Assembly (NCBI GenBank): GCA_965215015.1
Contig: OZ244042.1
Coordinates: forward strand, 3,072,001 to 3,136,000
Length of the DNA stretch: 64,000 bases
Source: Candidatus Poribacteria bacterium
GTDB lineage: Bacteria > Poribacteria > WGA-4E > PCPOR2b
Direction: 5' to 3'
Position numbers and translations under genes: made by a program. Positions 59,429 to 64,000 of the stretch are shown in pieces. Below the pieces are notes generated by a model. The model was not told the origin of the DNA and made no database searches. It saw only the letters and a list, made by a program, of their open reading frames with translations. The first letter of the stretch is position 1. Each line of letters begins with the position of its first letter.

Positions 59429-60457
59429 TCACGGCGTTAGCACCACTTTCCCGACTGACTGCCGTTCCTCGATTAGGCTGTGTGCCTCAGAGGCCTCCGC
59501 GAAAGGGTATACATGCCATACCACGGGCTTGAGTTTGCCAGTTTGGGCAAGGGCAATCAGTTCCTCCATAATTTCAGGGGCGCGAGATTGGGCATTGCTG
59601 ACACCACCCCAGCCAATTAGTTTCAGATTCTTCATCCAAAAGGGCCAGAAATCAATCTGCCCCATCCCCGTGAAAGAGTTTGACCCGAAACTCACCATGC
59701 GCCCACCTTCCGCCATACAATCGAGATTTCGTGTGAAGACCTCACCGCCAATTGACTCCCATACGACATCGACACCGCGTCCATCGGTGGCGTTTAACGC
59801 CGCCGCCACGAAATCATCAGTTCGATAGTTTATCACCACATCGGCACCAAGCTCCCGAACCAATTGAAGTTTCGCTTCGCTGCCTGCTGTTGCGAGTACC
59901 TGGGCACCAAAGTATTTGGCAAGTTGAACGGCAAGGACACCCGTACCGCCCGCAGCAGCGTGGATCAGGATAGTCTCTCCCGCCTGCAAGCCCGCGGCGA
60001 TTTTCAATGTATGATACGCGACGGGGGCGTAGTCAAAGGCCGCTGCCTGCTCCGGCGTGAATGACGATGGATAAGCTGTCGGGGTGGGTCTTCCATCCGG
60101 GCGGGGTTGTAAACTTTGTGCATCAACAACACCGTACTCAACGTATGACCCTGGTCGTAGTCCACCAATTAGATGGCGTGTTCCGATTTCAACCGATTCG
60201 GCGTTGGGTCCGAGTGCCACCACTTCTACGCACGCCATGCCGCCGGGGATGTGCGGCGGATCTTTGATGCCGTAGCGCACTTCTTGCGGCGATCCGATTC
60301 GACCGCTGCCGCCGTGTCGTATGTGGAGTTGGATGTAATCGATGGCAACGGCGAGCACCTTGACGAGCACCTCGCCTTCTGTAGGTTCAGGTGTCGGCAT
60401 CTCTTCGTAGCGCAGCACCTCTGGTCCCCCAAATTCGTAGTATACGGAGGCCTTCAT
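59429..60457 (-). CDS. NADPH:quinone oxidoreductase family (MDR) protein
   Basis: FGGPEVL, HAAAGGTG, GKVVL; lacks Zn cysteines; start MKASV at 60457. Confidence 0.88.
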   Translation of the reverse strand: MKASVYYEFGGPEVLRYEEMPTPEPTEGEVLVKVLAVAIDYIQLHIRHGGSGRIGSPQEVRYGIKDPPHIPGGMACVEVVALGPNAESVEIGTRHLIGGLRPGSYVEYGVVDAQSLQPRPDGRPTPTAYPSSFTPEQAAAFDYAPVAYHTLKIAAGLQAGETILIHAAAGGTGVLAVQLAKYFGAQVLATAGSEAKLQLVRELGADVVINYRTDDFVAAALNATDGRGVDVVWESIGGEVFTRNLDCMAEGGRMVSFGSNSFTGMGQIDFWPFWMKNLKLIGWGGVSNAQSRAPEIMEELIALAQTGKLKPVVWHVYPFAEASEAHSLIEERQSVGKVVLTP

Positions 60458-60963
60458 TATTGAGGGAATCTGGATTTGAGGGGTGTTTTTATGGTGCATA
60501 GGTGATGTCACCTCTGTATATCTAGGATTGAGTCTGCTGCCTATATTTAAGTCGAAACCTTCAATAGCACACACACTTCAGTGTAACACCAAGTCGAGAG
60601 GAAATCAAGAGTTAGTTTGGACTGAATAGGGGAATTGCATCTATCATGGAAATTAGATAATTGAGCAATCAGAACCTTGAATCAACCTCCGTCGTACGTC
60701 GGTTTGCTAACTCTGATTTCACCAAGGGCAGGTTGCAGCGCAGCGGAAATCCCGATCCATCGGGACTCTGTGGGCGATCGCAGGTTGGAAACCTGTGTCT
60801 ACGATTAGATTTCTATTGTCATATGTCAAAATCATATTCATACGCAGTAGAAAATAAGACATGATTTTCGCCATCAAAGTGCATAAGTCCTACACACCAT
60901 TTACATGTAATTGCCCTATGGGCTGCAGGGATTGTGCAAATTTGGCGATGAATCGTCATCACC

Positions 60964-62358
60964 CTAGATTTCTTTGAATCCGAAATGTACATCCTGTTGT
61001 CGTCTTAGCGACCATAGCAGCGAATCTGATGGCGAATTAACCATTTCTCGAGTAATCATCGTTTCGGCTGCTACATCTATGGACAAACGATTACCATCTA
61101 AAAGATGGAAAGGCAGTGGATTATCACCAGCGATGGGAGATGCAGGTAGAATAGCTGCATCAATATCAGACTTATGGTCGCCATCCATGATTGTGCCAGC
61201 CTTGAGTTCACGGTTTGATTTTGCAATGAGGTCTACATGGGGCTGGACTGTGTCGGCACCGGTGGGAACATTCAGCAGCGCAGCGGAGAGGATGGAAATC
61301 GGGGTTTCCACACCACAGAGGTGATAAGGACGATAAATCACGGCTGTTGAGCCACGACTGTTAGGAATCAATCCTTTGGTCGTTAGAATCATGCGAGAGT
61401 AGTCGTTTTCACAAGAAACTACAATGAACACTCCACCTCCCAAGCCGGCCTCGTCAGTTTTCCTCAAACAGGAAACCATTTCGATAGCACTTTTTGTTTT
61501 TAGAATGCCGCCCTCTTCTACCGGACAGAGCACCTCTGGAATCTCACTGATCCGAACAACAGGCAGGTGCAATTCAGGAATATCGGGCATTAGCCCCGTG
61601 GCATTTGCAGCAATCGTCATTTCTCCTAAATCTGAGTTAGAGGTTTGGGGGAGGGCGGCTAAAATCTCACGGCGGGCAGGGATGTATCGGTTAGCCTCTC
61701 CATCAGGAATACGATCCAGCACCCATACCTCTGATTCATTTACGGTGACAGTAGAACGCCCACAGGATACTGTCTGCGCTTCGGGAGCATAGATACATTC
61801 GGCGTTACGCGCCTTGCCGCCGCAGAGCACCTCTAATCCCAAACTCCGCGCCCACAAAACCAAGCCAATTAACAGACCGTGTTGATCGCCATCCACAGGG
61901 GTGTAGACAACCCCGGCTTTGTCCGCCAAGTGCTTAAGAATTGGTCCGATAACGGCATCTGTCTCTTTGTTAATCATGGCAACATGCTTGCCGTGTTGGA
62001 TGGCTTCATAAGCATGATAGGCACCTGCCTCCGGGACACCTGTGGATTCAACAACGACATCTATCGGTATATCCATCAGAAGCATGGGATCCTCCACAAT
62101 CACAAATTTCCCGGATTCTACGGCGCGCATTGTATCTGCACGGCTGTCACACAGAGCAATATCATCATCGGTAATACCAGCCTGCTGATAGGCGAGCCGC
62201 GCGGCTTGCGGATTGACATCCGCAATGATCGGAATTTCCAGCAGCGGAATATAACGCGCTTGGGTGATAACCGCTGTTCCATATTGTCCGCTGCCAATCA
62301 ATCCGGCACGGACAACTCCCTTTTCTTTAGCGTGGTCAAACAGGTGGTGGTAGATCAT
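60964..62358 (-). CDS. NAD(P)-dependent oxidoreductase, homoserine dehydrogenase-like, with C-terminal SAF domain
   Basis: GLIGSGQYG, NKETD..IGP, DGDQ, YRPYHLCG.E. Confidence 0.82.
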   Translation of the reverse strand: MIYHHLFDHAKEKGVVRAGLIGSGQYGTAVITQARYIPLLEIPIIADVNPQAARLAYQQAGITDDDIALCDSRADTMRAVESGKFVIVEDPMLLMDIPIDVVVESTGVPEAGAYHAYEAIQHGKHVAMINKETDAVIGPILKHLADKAGVVYTPVDGDQHGLLIGLVLWARSLGLEVLCGGKARNAECIYAPEAQTVSCGRSTVTVNESEVWVLDRIPDGEANRYIPARREILAALPQTSNSDLGEMTIAANATGLMPDIPELHLPVVRISEIPEVLCPVEEGGILKTKSAIEMVSCLRKTDEAGLGGGVFIVVSCENDYSRMILTTKGLIPNSRGSTAVIYRPYHLCGVETPISILSAALLNVPTGADTVQPHVDLIAKSNRELKAGTIMDGDHKSDIDAAILPASPIAGDNPLPFHLLDGNRLSIDVAAETMITREMVNSPSDSLLWSLRRQQDVHFGFKEI

Positions 62359-62373
62359 ATTTAGACTCTCAGA

Positions 62374-63471
62374 TTAAAACGTCAGTCCGACACGAATTGC
62401 TCCGCCATCTTCGGCAAAGGCAAACGCCTCGTTAATCTGATCGAAAGCGAAGGTATGCGAGATAATTTTGTGGAACGGATACTTATCCTGCGTCCTTTTC
62501 AAAAAATCCAGTGCCCGGGCGATAACCCAACCTTCATAAACGATTACTCCTCGAATCGTCCTGCTACATCGCACAATACTGCCCGGATCGATTTCAGTGG
62601 GCATACCGAGATTGATGTTCCCGATCCAGAGGTAGCGCCCGCCCCAACGGAGCATCTCAACCCCTTCGGACAGGACGCGCGGCGAACCGACAAATTCGGC
62701 GACTAAGTCTGCCCCAACCCCTCGCGTGTGGTCAAGTACATATTCAACGCGGTCTGTTACGGAGAGCTCATCAACATTGATGAGGTGGTCAGCACCAAAT
62801 TCGCGGGCGAGATTCAGCCGCATCGGCAACCGATCCAAGACAATGACCTGTCCCGCACCCATCTCCTTCGCCACAGCTGTCGCATAAAGCCCAAGTCCAC
62901 CGGCTCCTTGAATCACAACCGTATCGCCGAGAGTAACACCGATTTGGTTAAGTCCATAGATGACCTCTGACAATGCACAGTTGACCGGTGAAACGAGCGG
63001 ATCAGGCAGTTCATCGGGAACCTTGAAAATCCAGTGTCCCGGTTTCATGTAGTAATATTCGCTGTACGCTCCGTGAAAATGCGGCGGTTCATCGCTTGGC
63101 ACACCGAGCCAATCGCGATAACGGTTCGGACACCCCGGCTTACCATTGAGGCATGTCCAACAGTGGTTGCACGGCTTGAAGTAGGAGTAGGTAATGCGAT
63201 CCCCCTCTGACAGCGGCTGTCCCATACTATCGGTCTGGATATTCTTGCCTAGTTCTTCGATGGTGCCGATCATTTCATGTCCCAACACTTGCGGGATTCC
63301 GCTAGTAATTTTGGGGCCGTGTCCCCGCCAAAAGTGCAGGTCTGATCCGCAGATATTCGCCATGCTCATTTTGACCAAGAGATCATTCGGTTCTGTTGAT
63401 GGCACGGGATACTCACGGAACTCCATCGGTGCTTCTGGTTGTGTAAAAATAGCGACTTGTCCTGTCTTCAT
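62374..63471 (-). CDS. Zinc-binding alcohol dehydrogenase family protein
   Basis: ICGSDLH, GHE, CNHCWTC...C structural Zn site, GAGGLG. Confidence 0.9.
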   Translation of the reverse strand: MKTGQVAIFTQPEAPMEFREYPVPSTEPNDLLVKMSMANICGSDLHFWRGHGPKITSGIPQVLGHEMIGTIEELGKNIQTDSMGQPLSEGDRITYSYFKPCNHCWTCLNGKPGCPNRYRDWLGVPSDEPPHFHGAYSEYYYMKPGHWIFKVPDELPDPLVSPVNCALSEVIYGLNQIGVTLGDTVVIQGAGGLGLYATAVAKEMGAGQVIVLDRLPMRLNLAREFGADHLINVDELSVTDRVEYVLDHTRGVGADLVAEFVGSPRVLSEGVEMLRWGGRYLWIGNINLGMPTEIDPGSIVRCSRTIRGVIVYEGWVIARALDFLKRTQDKYPFHKIISHTFAFDQINEAFAFAEDGGAIRVGLTF

Positions 63472-63607
63472 TGCGATACCCTCCTCACCCCTCGCCTATT
63501 AACCAAATGGTGCTTAGTTTGCAACTGTTGATACACTCTCCAGTCAAGGACCGAGAGTGAGTGGAAAGGGCAGCCTCGCCACCTCACACCAAAGGTTATT
63601 ATCCATC

Positions 63608-64000
63608 TTATGCTGATGCGACGGTTAATTCGTTCAGTTTATCCGGATCCAGCTCAACACCTAACCCCGGCCCTTCGGGTGGATAGAGGTTGCTGGCCTC
63701 CGCCCGGATGCGCTCTCGCGCTGGTGATGCCATATAGAGTACTGGCCCCATCGGATCACAAGGTAGGGTGAGGTTCGGCATCGAAACCCCTACTTGGATC
63801 TGTGCGGATGTTCCAAGCGTTGATTCCTGATCTGTACCAATCAAACATCTGAGTCCCGCTGCCTCTGCTAAGGCAAACAGACGACGGATATGGGTGGGAC
63901 CTCCTGACACACATGCTACATTGAAGACCGTGCAAGCACCGCGCTCGGCTGCTTCGTAACCAAGGGCCAAGTCATTGATATGTAAGCTCACCGGCAAGTC
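63608..64000 (-). CDS. Mandelate racemase/muconate lactonizing enzyme family, C-terminal part (runs off the window)
   Basis: GG..., A.AAGL, E..LG, P.GPGLGVELD C-terminal motif. Confidence 0.75.
   Translation of the reverse strand, partial: DLPVSLHINDLALGYEAAERGACTVFNVACVSGGPTHIRRLFALAEAAGLRCLIGTDQESTLGTSAQIQVGVSMPNLTLPCDPMGPVLYMASPARERIRAEASNLYPPEGPGLGVELDPDKLNELTVASA

Noticed and set aside
22023-62364. Longer antisense or alternate-frame ORFs (e.g. 22023-22520, 41661-42287, 44733-45236, 59361-59828, 61879-62364)
   Set aside because: They overlap well-supported genes, have no recognisable motifs, and are expected shadow ORFs.
1-64000. CRISPR array, tRNA, rRNA or transposase
   Set aside because: The repeats are dispersed rather than regularly spaced with unique spacers; no RNA gene or transposase motifs were recognised by eye.

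Overview
Bacterial chromosomal window of roughly 50% GC. The gene content (several PhyH dioxygenases, Gfo/Idh/MocA and MDR oxidoreductases, Uma2, TPR protein, dense GTAG-type palindromes) resembles Candidatus Poribacteria or a similar lineage; this is inference only. There are four main blocks. (1) An 11-subunit complex I operon nuoABCDHIJKLMN (no nuoEFG) on the minus strand, with a Rex/CRP-type palindrome upstream. Its gene junctions carry passenger DNA: a DUF1524 HNH nuclease gene, an aspartic-protease remnant, an amber-interrupted HEPN gene and MITE-like repeats. (2) A probable oxalate-assimilation operon: oxalate-CoA ligase, PanE2-like oxalyl-CoA reductase and a ThDP enzyme. (3) A type II secretion/pseudopilus cluster gspEFGHIJK-L-M-D. 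GspK has four ComEA-like helix-hairpin-helix modules, the GspM-position protein has a fifth, the secretin is greatly extended, and a methyltransferase plus a doubly frameshifted endonuclease interrupt the cluster. (4) A catabolic/redox region with a flavin halogenase-family enzyme, a PhyH enzyme carrying HxA instead of HxD, uvrC, a Schlafen/AlbA_2 protein and several dehydrogenases. At least two MITE-like families and many REP-like hairpins are dispersed throughout. I saw no rRNA, tRNA, CRISPR array or transposase. All family assignments come from motif recognition by eye, not database searches.
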